A DNA stretch of 64,000 nt, taken from the NCBI RefSeq assembly GCF_009914755.1, contig NC_060936.1; one strand, given 5' to 3'. Origin of the DNA: the human T2T-CHM13v2.0 reference genome, Homo sapiens. The notes beneath the pieces were generated by a model, which was given only the letters and a program-made list of their open reading frames with translations, made no database searches and was not told the DNA's origin. A program made the translations under genes and the position numbers. The stretch's first letter is position 1, and each line of letters begins with the position of its first letter. This document shows, piece after piece, positions 35,191 to 54,329 of this stretch.

Positions 35191-36072
35191 TCAATGGAAT
35201 AGAATAGACACCCAGAGATAGAGCCAGTTGATATTTGACAAAGCTGACAAGAATATATACTAGGGAAAGGACACCCTCTTCAACAAATGTTGCTGGGAAA
35301 ACTGGATTGCCATATGCAGAAGAATGAAACTGGACCCCTATCTCTCACCATATACAAAAAAAAATCAACTCAAGATGTATTAAAGACTTGAATGTAAGGT
35401 CTGAAACTATAAAAATCCTAGAAAAAAACCTTGGGAAAACTGTACTGGACATTGGCCTAGGCAAGGAATTTCTGACTAAGACTTCAAAAACACAGGCAAC
35501 AAAAACAAAAATAGATAAATGAGACTTCATTAAACTAAAAATCTTCTGCACAGCAAAAGAAATCATCAACAGAGTGAAGAGACAGCTTGCAGAATGGAAG
35601 AAAATATTTGCAAACTTTTTCATCCAGCAAGAGACTAGTATCCAGAATACACAAGGAACTCAAACAACTCAACAACAATGAAAAATAACAAATAATATCA
35701 GCAAGAAGTGGGCAAAGGACATGAGTAGACATTTTTCAAAGGAAGACATACAAATATCTGACAGGAATGTGAAAAAAATGGTCAACATAACTTGTCATGA
35801 GAGAAATGCAAATTAAAACCACAATGAGATATCATCTTACCCTAGTCACAACGGTTATTATTAAAAAGACAGAAAATAACAGATGTTGGCAAGGATGAGG
35901 AAAAAGGGGAACTCTTACACACTGTTGGTGGGAATGTAAATGAGTACAACCTCTATGGAAAACAGTATGCAGATTTTTCAAAGAACTTTAAAAAAAAAAA
36001 AAATAGGACTGCCAGGCGCGGTGGCTCACACCTGTAATCCCAGCACTTTGGGAGGCTGAGGCGGGCGTATCA

Positions 36073-36330
<258 letters not shown>

Positions 36331-36830
36331 TCAATCCAGCAATCCCACTACTGGATATCTACCCAAAGGAAAAGAAATCAATATATCAAAAATATACCTG
36401 CACTAGTATATTTATTGTGCATTATTCACAATAGCAAAGACATGGTATGAACCTAAATGCCCATCAACAGATGATTAGATGAAGAAAATGTGGTACATAT
36501 ACACAATGGAAGACTATTTGGCCATAAGAATGAAATCGCATCTTTTGCAGCAACATGGGTGGGATTGGAGGTCATTATGTTAAGTGAAACAAACCACATA
36601 AAGTCAAATATGACATGTTCTCACCAAAAAGTGGTTACTAAAAGATGTGTACACACAGACAGAAAGAGTAGAATGATAGATATTGGAGACTCAGAAAGGT
36701 GAGAGAGAGTGGGAGTGGGGCAGATGATGAGAAATTACTTAATGGGTACAAAGTATATTGTACCCTAAAAGTCCTGACTTGACCACTACACAATCTGTGC
36801 ATGTAACAAAATTGCGCTTGTACCCCATAA

Positions 36831-37058
<228 letters not shown>

Positions 37059-37293
37059 TGACCTCAAATGATCCATCCACCTCGGCCTCCTGAAGTGCTG
37101 GGATTACAGGATTACAGGCGTGGGCCACCACGCCCGGCCTTATACAAATTTTTAAAAAGAAAAAATTTAAAAAATGTTTAAGAAGAAATTGCATATCAAA
37201 TTTTTCTCCTTTTAAGTAAAGAGAAATAGATATTGTAAAAGGAATATTTTAAAATTTCACATACCTGAAAAATAAATCATGAAATATATGAAG

Positions 37294-39040
<1,747 letters not shown>

Positions 39041-39232
39041 AGAACAATAATAAAATAGAGCCATGTGGTGCTTCCATGACACACATCTGAAACAAAATCA
39101 CATAGAAAGGTTGAAAGAATGGAAAAAGATACATCAAACAAACACTAACCAAAAGAAAGGTGGAATAGCTATACTAATATCAGACAGATTGAAGGCAAAA
39201 AGCACTGGTAAAAATGAGAGTCATTACATTAA

Positions 39233-39467
<235 letters not shown>

Positions 39468-39932
39468 TAGCCAGGATAGTCTCCATCTCCTGACCTCATG
39501 ATCCGCCCACTTCGGCCTCCCAAAGTGCTGGGATGACAGGCTTGAGCCACCGCACCCAGCCGAAAGATTCAGTATTTCTAAACACTAATAACAAAGGCTC
39601 AAGATATACAAAGCAGGCCAGGCACGGTGACTCACGCCTGTAATCCCAGCACTTTGGGAGGCAGAGGCGGAGAGATCACTTGAGGTCAGGAGTTCAAGAC
39701 TAGCCTGGCCAACATGCTGAAACCTCATCTCTACTAAAAATACAAAAATTAGCCAGGCGTGGTGACACCTGGATGTAGTCCCAGCTACTCAGGAGGCTGA
39801 GGTAGAAGAATCGCTTGAATCTGGGAGGTGGAGGCTGTAGTGAGCTGAGATCTCACCACTGCAATCCGGCCTGGGTGACAGAGCAAGACTCTGTCTTTAA
39901 AAAAAAAAAAAAAGAAAGAAAGAAAGAAAGAA

Positions 39933-39973
<41 letters not shown>

Positions 39974-40397
39974 GCAAAATTTGACAGAATTACATGAAGA
40001 AAGTGACAAATTCACCACCATTATAGAAAAATTTAGCTCTTTTAGTAATGGGTCATTAATAAGCAGACAAGAAGTAGTACACATACAGAAGATCTGGAAA
40101 ACACAATTAAAAAGCTTAATTCAAGAAGTATAGGTAGAGTCCTGCACCAATCAGAGAATACATTATTTTTGGGCATACATAGAACACTTGTAAAAAAAAA
40201 AAAAAAGGCTGCAAACAAGTCTACAATTTTTTAACTAGGCCACAATTTTTTAACCAAATTTAGAAATCAATTTAGTTACAAATAGGTAACTTTAAAAACT
40301 TCAGGCCAGGTACAGTGGCTCACACCTGTAAGCCCAGCACTTTGGGAGGCCGAGGGGGGCAGATCACGAGGTCAGGAGTTGGAGACCACCCTGGCTA

Positions 40398-40647
<250 letters not shown>

Positions 40648-40820
40648 TCAAAATGGAAGTTAGAAAATTTAAAACATGAAATATGTTACATATCAAAATT
40701 GGTACAGCTGGGCACAGTAACACACACCTATAATTCCACTAGGAAGGCTGAGGCAAGAGGATTCCTTGAGCCCAAGAGTTCAAGATCAGTTTGGGCAACT
40801 TAGCAAGACCTTATCTCTAA

Positions 40821-40960
40821 ATACACACACACAGAGACACACAGACACACACACACACGTGTATATATATACATATATATACACACACATATATAATTAC
40901 ATATATACACACATATACAGTATATATACATATTTACACAAACACACACACATATATAGA
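40821..40960. repeat. (CA/TA)n complex microsatellite in a FLAM tail
   Basis: Direct reading. Confidence 0.9.
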
Positions 40961-41230
40961 GTGCAACTAAAGTGATATTTAGAGGGAAATTTATAGCCCT
41001 AAATGTACATATCAGACAATAAAATCAGTGCTGGAGAAAACCAAAAAATAAACTATCATGCTATTTTCCAATATGGTACATTCCAATGAAAGGAAGAGTC
41101 AATTGTTTCTCTGCATGTTTACTCTCTAATCAGAAAGTGGTTGGGTCATAAGGAAGAAAGATAACATATGTAAGTGTTTAGCTTTGGCAAGGGAACATCA
41201 CTAATTGAATGTTTATGTAATTGAAATTAA

Positions 41231-41553
<323 letters not shown>

Positions 41554-41977
41554 TAGTGTTTTCACATTATCCATATTACTTTCTATTGCTCGTGAACACA
41601 CACATGCACACACACATAAACTGGCCTTTTTGGATGGTGTGGAGGACCGACCACTCCATAGATTTTATCCACTCCACTGTAGTGGGCTGAGGAGGATCGA
41701 CTCAAACTACCCAGCATTGACCAACCATCTGCCACGTGCAAGTTGCTACAGAGAATTCAAAGTTGAACGAAGTCAGCTTTGAGGAGCTCTAAGACCTGGT
41801 TTCACTAGAGGTCTAGGCATTGGAATGGAATGCAAAGAGATAAGGTTGGCAACATAAATTGAGGTGAGGTCACAGTGAGGCTTGAATGCCAGGGAAGGCA
41901 TGTTAGTGAAGGTTTATGAGCAAGGAAATAAAAAGCATGGCCACACTTTAGGGAAATGGTATCCCAGAACATCTTAC

Positions 41978-42186
41978 CTTCTTGGGTCATAAAGTCATCT
42001 TCAGCAAAGATGTTAAAGTTGCCACACAGCCCGCAGGTCTTGTTGAAGTATCTGTCTGACAGCAGGACTTGAAAGTTGCCGCTGCCATCGATCCTGGCCA
42101 CAAAGCCATAGGCCTCACCGGACAGCTTGTAGTACCCAGCCTCAGTTTCTAGATACAGCCCTTTGGAGGCATAGGGCATGGAGACT
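41978..42186 (-). CDS. VWF: VWF exon 5 (c.324-532), includes the CGLC (CXXC, Cys159-Cys162) motif of D1
   Basis: ctccag|AGTCTC...GAAG|gtaaga; 209 nt; [10 protein letters not shown]...[22 protein letters not shown]; CGLC codons at 42035-42024. Confidence 0.99.
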
Positions 42187-42469
42187 CTGGAGGGCAAAGG
42201 CTAAGTTCAGAAGTGGGCTTCTTGTGCATTTTCTGGATGTCTCTCCCACCTTCTAACCCCAACCCCATGTTGTAGGGTTCAGAACATGGTGCAAAGTGGC
42301 TGAGGACCTAGATCAGCAATCGGGAGAGCTGGCTCTCACCCAGCCCTGCTACTCACTTCCTTGGAACATTTGCTTCCATTCTCTGGGCCCCAGCTTCCTC
42401 ATCTAAAAATGAGGGGGTTGTGTCAGGGGATCCCTAGGGTCCTTTCTAACTCAGACATTGTTGGCTTAC

Positions 42470-42572
42470 CTTTGGTCCCCCTGTGTCACGGTACCATTGA
42501 CAAACAAATGGATGTCAAAAAATTCCCCAAGATACACGGAGAGGCTCACTCTCTTGCCATTCTGGAAGTCCC
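42470..42572 (-). CDS. VWF: VWF exon 4 (c.221-323), [34 protein letters not shown]
   Basis: tttcag|GGGACT...CAAAG|gtaagc; 103 nt; not in the ORF track, read manually. Confidence 0.98.
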
Positions 42573-43272
42573 CTGAAAGAGAAAAAAGTCAATAGTAGTG
42601 ATTATTACTCCTCTCAAAAAATGAATACATTGATTAAGAATCATTATCTACGTAACCTTTTCTCAGCAGAAAACGCCCCAAAAAGTCTTTACAAGCGAGC
42701 AACAAAAATCTCCCTAAAAATCTCATTTTCTCACCCATTTTTCCATTCATCTAAAAATAATTATTGAGTGACTTCTGGATACATTGCCCTCAGGTAGGCT
42801 CTCAAACATCACAAAAGAAAAATCTAAAAGCATGATCTTTTGCTTCTGGGAGTTTACAACCTGCGTATAAATAGAAGACAAACATGCGACAATTGAGTAT
42901 ATTGTAAGGCAGCAAACAAAAAGGCAACACTGTGAGTTACTGGTAACAGGTGCTCTAGGAGAGTGTTATTTATTCATTCATTCATTCACTTATTGAGACA
43001 GGGTTGTGCTCTGTTGCCCAGGTTGGGGTGCAGTGATGTGAACATGGCTCGCTGCAGTTTCTGCCTCCTGGGCCCAGGTTATCCTCCCACCTCAGCCTCC
43101 AGGGTAACTGGGATCACAAGTATGTACCACCACATCCAGCTAATTTTTTTTTTCTTTTTGTAGAGACAAGATCTCACCGTGTCGCCCAGGCTGGTCTTGA
43201 GCTCCTTGGTGCGAGTAATTACAGGCATGAGCCACCCCGCTCTGGCCTAGCAGTGCTATTTAAAATGGTATC

Positions 43273-43656
<384 letters not shown>

Positions 43657-44413
43657 TCATGAGCTCCACCTAAGTTTGCTGAATTTGATTATCCAGGAGT
43701 TTACAGATCGTGTGGGTCAAACGCCTTACACAGCACATGGAATTAATAAGGACACACTAAATGGTTGACAATGGAAATGTCTGAAGATCCAGACACATGA
43801 TAAAATAGGCTCTGAGAATGGTGTGGTTGTGAGGGCTGAACAGGGTGACAAGGGTGATGGGACGGTGGCCAGCATGAAAGAGGAAACACAGGCAAGACAT
43901 TTTTCACAGCGTGACCAAAGCTTAGCAAACCTCACCTAGTTTCTAAGAACTGCTACTCGTGGTGGGTCTTTGATATTCAAAGATAACTAATTGGTCATAA
44001 GAATCAAAAGACCCAGAAGGGAAAATAGAGAGTCTGGTCTCAAGCCTTGGAGACTGAGAAATTAATGGAAATAGGAAAGATAGGGGCAGCCAGAGAAAAC
44101 AAAGAGCTGACGTGTGGGGCACAATGCCTTGAGGTCCTGAAGGAATGGGGCATAGGACTCAGGGGTAAAGTTGGTCTTAAAAATGAGCAAATCTCTCTTC
44201 TCCTAGAAGGGATAGGGGAGTGTGGGCTTCTTCTTGGCAAGAAGAGGCTAAGATGTCCGTGGAACGAAGCCCAGAAGACCTGGCAGGTCTGTTGACTCAA
44301 GGTGTTGCTGTCATGGCCAGAGGAGCTGGGGCAGAGGTCTCCTCACTCCTAGCCAGGAGAGGAAGAGTCCCCAGCAGGGCTCTGGGCTGAACTGAGGCTG
44401 CAGGAGGACAACC

Positions 44414-44485
44414 ACACACACAGACACACAGACACACACACACACACACACACACACCACACGCACACACACCATGCACACACAT
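44414..44485. repeat. Imperfect (CA)n repeat
   Basis: Direct reading. Confidence 0.9.
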
Positions 44486-44887
44486 AAGCATGCACCCTGG
44501 AACACACAAACACTCCAAACCAACCCGAATGAGCTACAGAATAGACTTGTTTCTGGTGGAAATTCAGTGAGGGCTCTCCCACGTAAATAATAAGTCTATT
44601 CTAGGAATAGTTTTAATGATATGCCAGCAGCAGCAGCCACCAGGAAAGACACACAGACCACTCACAGTCCATAAACCACATTCTGCGGAGCTCCAGATCA
44701 ACACAACTGGGAGAAAATGGAGATGCCTGCCAAATGAAAGGGGACTTGTCCTGTTTGAGCTGAGGTGTCTCCCTTGCTCTGCATTCCCACCTAGAACAGT
44801 TTTTACAGCAAGCAAACCTTTAGAAGCTGAACAAACTTACTGACAGCAAGAAATTGGCCAAAGAAAAAGAAACAACTGGAAAAGTGA

Positions 44888-45103
<216 letters not shown>

Positions 45104-47292
45104 TAGCCAGGATGGTCTCGATCTCCTGACCTCATGATCTGCCTGCCTGGGCCTCCCAAAGTGCTAGGATTACAGGCGTGAGCCACCGTGCCCTGCAAAG
45201 TAACTTTTTCTTTTTTTCAGTAATGTATTTACCAGTAATGGTAGAATCTGAGTGAGGAGTATATGGATCTTGAAGTCTTTCAACTTTTCTGTATGTTTCA
45301 AAATTTCCATAAGAAAATGTCGAAAAACCAAACAAATGGGACAACCAGGTAACAACCTCCAGTTTGCACCCTCTCCCTTCCAGGGCCCTAGGCATTTGCA
45401 CTGGGCCCAAGACCAAATCCCTCCCTCGGCCTTTTCTGGGGCTGGAGCTCTGAACACTACACACAGCCCAGAGTGAGCCCATGTGACAGGGCAGGGACCC
45501 ACTTCACACTCCTCACTGGAGACCTGCCAGAGCAGAAGCCTCCACCTGCCAGATGGCAGACAAATGAGCCCACGAGGTCTGGGCTCAGGGGTCTGTGTCC
45601 CTATTACCACTGAGCCTGTCTCCCCATCAGTGAATCCTCCTTTCATCCCATCTCACAGGGAGTTCTGCCTCGGCTTCACTGGGTAACTCAACCAATATGT
45701 CACCTCCGAGCCAAAGGCATCTCCCTCCTGGAAATGGGAAAGGAACCCCCGTGAGCCCCTCCTTGGTGTTTCTCCTTCTCCTGGGGATGCAGAAAGGGTG
45801 GGTGGGACCAAGTCTCCCAGGGACTGTGGCTGGAGAATGGGTAGGGAACGCTTCAGAGGCAGCCAGGCAGCTTGGGGTTGGCATGGCCCTGTGGCTGCTG
45901 ATCTACAGCTCTTAGAGGCTTCCAAAGATGCAAAATCACTTAAGCAAGGTACTCGTTCCACAGGAGGCAGAGCTGAGCGGGTGCCACAGGGGAGCCCGGA
46001 GGTCGCTATGGCTATAAGTTTGTAAAGTAAGGCCTGCAAGGCTGAATAAACCAAGAATTCAGCAGAAGCAGAAAAATCAAACAGGAGAGAACCAGGAGAA
46101 GTGTATGGGAGAGAAGGAGAGCCCCAGCCCTCCTAGAGTAAATAACAGAGGAACCTGTCCACACAGGCTGCGGGGCTCGGGGCTGGCCAGGCGGCAGACC
46201 CTGGGGTAACTTGCCTATCATCACAGAGCTAGTCAGTGATGAAGAGCTGGGACTCAAGCGAGTGCTGTTTTAAGTATGTCAAGGGCTTGCTCTGGGCAGC
46301 CCAAGGAGAGACCAGCATCAGGAAGTCCAAGGGGCAGCCCAGGGCTGAGCCTGTGTGAGGCAGCTCCAGGCAGCCAGGGGACGTGGGGCTGGCTGCCCTT
46401 GGAGCTTCACCTACCGCAGGAACTGGGGCTCCTGAAGGGGATGATTCAGGTTCTGGTAACCAGCCCCCATCCACCCAGAGACAAACCAAAAACAGGAGTC
46501 TAGGGGCAGGAGTGGGGCTGCATCGTGCCCTTCAGTGAGGATTGAACTGCATGGCAAGGAGAATTCCTGGCCCTGGATGGCTGAGGGGGCTTGAAGAGCA
46601 GTCAGTCCACAGCCGGAGCAGGGGAGTGGCAAGGGAATTTGGGGTTTTGTTTTCTTTTGTTTTGAGGTCTTGCTCTATCGCTCAGGATGACATGTAGTGA
46701 TATGATCACAGCTCACTTCACCCTCGAACTCCTGGGCTCAAGCAATCCTATTGTCACAACTTCCCAAATAGCTGGAACTACAGGTGTGTGCCACCATGCC
46801 CAGCTAATTTTTGTATATTTTTGTACAGATGGGGGTCTCGCTATGTTGCCCAGGCTGGCATCGAACTCCTGGGCTCAAGCAATCCTCCCGCTTCAGCCTC
46901 CCAAAGCATTGGGATTATAGGCATGAGTAACTGTGTCCAGCCTGGCAATGAGATTTTTCAAAGTGTGATCTAGGCCTATAATTCAGAAAAACATACTATG
47001 GCAGCAGGAAGAATCTAAATAAGCGGCTCTTAAACTCTTTTGCTCAGAAAGCACAGTAAAAACACAACTTTATGACTCAGGACACACACACACACGTTTC
47101 ATATCATATTTACCCTTGCCGTGTGCCATGCACTCTGATATTTTCTGATGTTTTCTAACCTTTTCTGTCTTTTTAAATGCTAGTTATAACCACTCAACTC
47201 ATTTTAGGACCCATGGCCCATGACTCAGTTCAGAAAACAATGATCTAGGCTGACTTCATTTTACAGACGGAGAAACGAAGGCCTAGGTTTAC

Positions 47293-47489
47293 AGCAGGAT
47301 TTCTCCACTGCATTACTATTGCATTCAGCGCCAGACACTTCCCTGTGCATGGTGGGAGAACCAGCAGCCTCCTGGTCTCTACCCACTAGATGCCAGCAGC
47401 ACCCACTCCACAGTTGTGACAACCCAAAATGTCTCCAGACACTGCAAAATGTCCTCAGGGGGAAAACCACCCCGACTGAGAACCCCTGG
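47293..47489. mobile_element. MER20 DNA transposon
   Basis: ctctacccactagatgccagcagcaccc...gttgtgacaacccaaaatgtctccagacactgcaaaatgtcc. Confidence 0.8.
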
Positions 47490-49166
47490 TTTCCACTGTG
47501 GAAATGGAGCAGAGCCTACACTCAGGCTTTTTTGACTGTCCAAATCCCCTTTTTGCAACACAAAGCTGCGTAACAGGGCATCGGAGTGTTCTAGGATTGC
47601 ACTAATCACTAATGCAGGGAGAACTCCAGACCAGCCTTGCATTTTATTTCCCTCATTCCCTCCATGCAGAACTCAGGGGGATCAGATGATGTGCAGCCAT
47701 TAGGAAAACGAGCCATTAGAAATCGCCGGTGAGCCCAGGAGAGACCCCTGCACTCCACAGACCTCCAGGTTAGCACTTTCTATAACTCTTAGGAAAAGAG
47801 AGGCTGGCTGTCACCCCAAAGAGGCAAGACAAGCCAGCGAAGCTCTCCCAGAGGCTCCCACCAGGCCTGCTGAACGCAGTGATTAAGGCGCTGAGTGAGG
47901 AGTAAGCTCCTAGCCCACATATTAGAGTGAGAGGAATCCTGGGACCTTCAGAAGCAGGCCAGGAGCTGGAACTACCGTCAGACCTGGGCGCTCTCTTAGG
48001 CTTTAGTGTGGAACTCACTCATCTGCATTTCCACTAAACACTCTACCTTCTATGCCCGTGATTCTGGTGCAGGTGACCCTCCCTCCAAACTGAGAACAGG
48101 GGTCTGGTCTGACCATGCCACGGAAACTAAGGCTCCCCGGGGGAAGTGACTCAGCAGGCTGTTGGTTGTTGATGGCTCTCTCTTGGCAGGTATGAGAGCC
48201 AGATCCTGCAGCCGTAGCTTAGGAAGAGCAGTCTCTACGGAGGAGCAGGAACCAGGACTCCCATAGTCTCTCTCTGGCCTCTGTGCTGTCTGGCAAACAG
48301 CCGTGTCGCCTTGGCCTCGAACCCTGGAGCCTGCCTCACCAGGAGACAGAATCAAGGACAGGGGCCTCGCCTTGGCACCAGGTGGCCCTTCGTGTGCGTA
48401 CATAAACACTTTTCCCAGGATATGAATAAGGTCCACAGGCACTCGGGAGGAATGTGGATGTGCGATTTACGGTCAAGGAGACAGGATGTCATTGCAGAAC
48501 AATGGAAAAGAAGGTAGGCATGTGCACGGAAACTGAAACTGCAGGGCCCAAGTCCTGGGCTCCCTCCCCTGACCCAGTGCCCCTGGCTGCCCTGATGCAC
48601 CAATGCCAGCCCACCCCCCTCTAATTCTTCCTCTTCTCCCACACACCCCAAACCTGCCACCACCACCAACAAGAGGCAAAGCAGCCACCCATTCTCTATG
48701 ATGTTAGCAGCACGGTTTTGGTGAAAATGAAATCAATTTACATTAAAGTGTGTTTGATCCATAACCTTGTTTAGGCAAACAATCTCCCAGAAAATGGACA
48801 CTTCACAAGGGCAAACAGCTTATAAGAAAAGAATAATGACCTGGTGGGGAATCCCACCAAGGGGTTTTGAGGTAGACAGGCCTTCCATGGCCCTTCAAAT
48901 TCCTCTGTGACCACTGAAACCCAGAAAACGGTGGCCCGAGAGGCCAGACCTCTAGCACAAACCTGTGTGGATTATGAGGGGGAGTTGAAACTCAAGTGAC
49001 CCTGACCTCGTGGAAATGCCTGGGGGCCCAGCAGCCCCTGTCTCTGCATGGCGATTCCAAGTGAACACCCCATGTTAAGCTGGCTGCTTTCAATAACTCA
49101 GCTTGGCTAAGCAGTCACATTTTCAGATAACCTGTCTCCCTTGATGCTCACAGTATCTCCATTTTA

Positions 49167-49694
<528 letters not shown>

Positions 49695-49891
49695 CTACAT
49701 GTCCCCACCTGGTAGGGCTACCCTGACTTGGGGAGAGGTCTGGAGTTGGGCTCAAATAGGGGAAGGGAGCTTTTTCAACATGCTGACTTGGCTCTCTGAG
49801 CCCAGAACATGAACTCTGTGCCTGGGACTAAGGTATTAGTATGTGTTGTTTACCAGCCCGTCTCGGGGCAGGGAGTCCAGAGCAGAGCTGA

Positions 49892-50155
<264 letters not shown>

Positions 50156-51071
50156 TAATTTTTGTATTTTTAGTAGTGACGGGGTTTCACCATGTTGGCC
50201 AGGCTGGTCTCGATCTCCCAACCTCAGGTGATCCGCCCCCCTCGGCCTCCCAAAGTGCTGGGACTGCAAGCATGAGCCATTGCACCCGTGCACCCGGCCT
50301 CTTCCGGTCACTTCTAACCCTCCATTCCCACTGACAACCCCAGAGCCATCACAGGTAGTGGTCTGTATCAGCTCTGCCGTGATTTATAAAATGGGAAAAT
50401 CCACTTTAAATAAAATCTGGGGTCACCAAGGTAGGGAGGGCATGAGCCTTCAGCTTCCCAGGGGCAGGGGTTCAGGGGTTCTCTCCAGCTGCTCTTCCAG
50501 CTCCTCCCCAGCTGCAGCCTCTGAAGCAAGTTGGGACCCTCACGGTCAGTGTTGAGGATGACTTTCTTATTTGTCATGCCCTGGGGCGCCTCTGGCCTTT
50601 TCACTACCTCCCTGGTTACCACGGCCAAGGCCATTCCGCCTCCTACCTCTCTCCTTTTCAGGACCATCTTGGCAAAGAACCAGTTTCCTCTCACCACTTC
50701 CCTGCTGCACAAGACCCTATACTAGTTCCTCACAGCCTGCGGAATCGACTCAAAGTCCCCATCAGACTCCAAGACCCTACACTGCAGCTTCACCCGATGG
50801 TACAGCCTCCCAGCCTACTCTCCTCCAGTCCCGCACCCTCAAAGTCTGGTTACCCACCCTAAGAGCAGCAGCAGCAGTTGGGAAATTTTCAGGCCCCCTT
50901 CCATTTCTACTGAGTCAGAACTCCAGGGGCAGGGCCCAGTGATCTGTTTGTCACAGCTCTCCGGGTGGTCCTGATGCAGCCTGGAGTTTGGCAACTGCTG
51001 CTCCAGCCACACTGACCTCCCCAGGGCTCCATGTCAGGAGTACATGCCCCTTCCAGCCTCCCCACTTCTCA

Positions 51072-51689
<618 letters not shown>

Positions 51690-52778
51690 CTAGACAGAGC
51701 CTAGCCCAGTGCTGGGCACATGGAGGACCCTGTGTCAGTCCCCGCTGACTGATGGAGCAATGACCCCAGGAGCCCTACAGCCCAGATCTCAGGTAAGTGT
51801 CCAGGTGTTGCCAAAGACTCCCTCCTTGACCAAACTTGAGTGGGGCACTTCTGAGCCCTCTTCTAGATTAAGCCTTGGCCTTGGGCTCTGTCCTTGGCCT
51901 GCTTAGTCCAGTTTTTTTGTTTTTTGTGGGTTGTTTTTTTTTTTGAGATGGAGTCTCGCTCTGTTGCCCAGGCTGGAGTGTATCTCAGCTTATTGCAACC
52001 AGGTTCAAGCGATTCTCCTGCCTCAGCCTCCCAAGTAGCTGGGATTATAGACACACACCACCACACCCGGCTAATTTTTGTATTTTTAGTAGAGATGGGG
52101 TTTCACCATGTTGGCCAGGCTGGTCTCAAACTCTTGACCTCAGGTGATCCACCCACCTTGGCCTCCCAAAGTACTGGGATTACAGGCATGAGCCACCGTG
52201 CCCGGCCTCAGCTCCACCTTTTATTGTCTGTCAGGCCTTGGAAGGATCATGCAACCTTCATGAGCCTTGGTTCTCCATTGGTAAAACTGGGATGACTACA
52301 GCTACATCCCAGGGCTGTTGTGGGGATGCAGGGACATGGCAGGGACAGTACCAGCCCTTCTGCAGGAATACAGGAAGTCCTCAGCATAAGCTGATGTTCT
52401 GATCCACAGGCCACCAAGAAAACAACAACGAGTCTTCTCTCTGGCAAGGAGTTTTACACGTTCCAAAGCACCTTCTCTAGTTCATCATTTGCCTTGATGC
52501 TGTGGAGTTCCCAGGGCATCGCCGGGCCCCAGAGCAACGGACACAGTGGACTACCAAAGATGAAGACTCTCTTCATCCATCCCACCCGGCTCCCGTGGGG
52601 AGAGACCCGGGGAAAGCCAAGAGGGGCTACGTGTCACAGAAAGGCTGTTCCTCTCCTTGTTCTCAGCAGTGACCTTTCCGCTCAGACACTGTCCTGAGAG
52701 CAGGAATCCTCCCCCACACCAGGGCTGAGCTCAGCCAGCCCTCCCTCTGAAGTCCTCCCTGCAGTGCCCAGAACTCAC

Positions 52779-52943
52779 CAATAATCGAGAAGGAGCGTTT
52801 CTGGCAGCCCCCTGCCAGGAGGTAACTGCAGTATCCCGCAAAGCTGTACATGCTCCCATCAAAGGTGTTGACGAAGTCACTTCCGAAAAGGCTGCATCGG
52901 GCCGTGGATGACCTGCCGCGAGTTCCTTCTGCACAAAGGGTCC
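52779..52943 (-). CDS. VWF: VWF exon 3 (c.56-220), [55 protein letters not shown]
   Basis: ctccag|GGACCC...ATTG|gtgagt; 165 nt; end of signal peptide and start of VWD1. Confidence 0.99.
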
Positions 52944-54329
52944 CTGGAGGGAGAGGCCACAGGTTGGGCTGGTGATCTCAGGGCACAACTGGGACCATCA
53001 GCTCAAACCTCTCTGGCCTCGTAGAAATTAGACTGCCTCTGATAGAAACTGGGCTGTGGGGAGGTATTTTCCATCCTAAATGAGACTAAAGCTGTTGCTT
53101 TCAGCTCCCAGATATGACCCCAGACTCACAGCAATAACTAAGGAACAGTTTTTCAGGAAATCCATTAGTTTCAATGACATTTACTTACTGATTTAAAATG
53201 TCATCATGTCCATTATTAAAAATTTGGGGCATACAGAAGAAAACAAAGAAGCTGGCCGGGCACAGTGGCTCACGCCTATAATCCCAGCACTTTGGGAGGC
53301 CGAGGTGGGCAGATCACCTGAGGTCAGGAATTCAAGACCAGCCTGCCCAACATGGCGAAACCCTGTCTCTACTAAAAATACAAAAACTAGCCGGGTGTAG
53401 TGGTGGGCGCCTGTAATCCCAGCTACTGGTGAGGCTGAGGCAGGAGAATCACTTGAGCCCAGGAGGCAGAGGTTGCAGGGAGCCAACATCATACCACTGC
53501 ACTCTAGACTGGGCGACAGAGTGAGACTCTGTCTCGAAAAAAAAAAGAAAAAGAAAAAGAAAAGAAAAGACAAAGAAGTTAAAACCATCTGTAACCCAAC
53601 ATTCAGCGATGATTAGAGTTAACATTTCAATGTTCATCTTTCCATTTTGTTGTATAGCATATATACAGCTGTGGGTTTTTTATAAATTGGTGACCAACTT
53701 GTGCAAACTACCTATAACCTCTGTTTATTTCTCAATAGATTGTAAACAATTTGTCGTGCTAGTGTATATACTTCCAATATGCGGTTTTTAGTGGCTGCAT
53801 TATATTTTGCATCTGAATGTCTATAGTATAGCCCTCTATTGTTAGGTTTCTAGCATTTTTCCATGTTTTAATATTATAGATAGATTGCAGTGAGCATCTT
53901 TGTACATAAATCTACTAGCATGTCTTGGGCATGTTAAATTTTAAACAGATCAGACTGTGTGCCTGACACATAGACTCTCTGAAGTGTGAACTCCTCCGGC
54001 GTCACAGGCTAACTCCTTCACTGACTATGGGTGTGTGTGTGTCGGCAGGTGGGGAAATACAGCAGTAAATCTCTAAGTGTTCTGGGTTCCCCGGCAAAAG
54101 ACCCACCTAGTAGGAAGATGCAGAGAGTGTGACAAATGTGTATTTTTTTTCCCAGACTCACCTGTGGGCAGTAGCTGGATGCTGCTGACCTGAGAGATCT
54201 AAGTGGAAAGCGCCCAAGGTCAAAAGTCCCCTCCCGCCATTTGCAGACCCAGAATCTTAGCAAGGGAAGGGCAGCAGTATGATGCAGTGCAGTGGAAAGG
54301 GTGTTGGCCTGGAACCCAGGAAGACTGAC

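Noticed and set aside
41641-41702. Spaced direct repeat ggaggaccgac/ggaggatcgac
   Set aside because: Only two short imperfect copies; consistent with chance; not array-like
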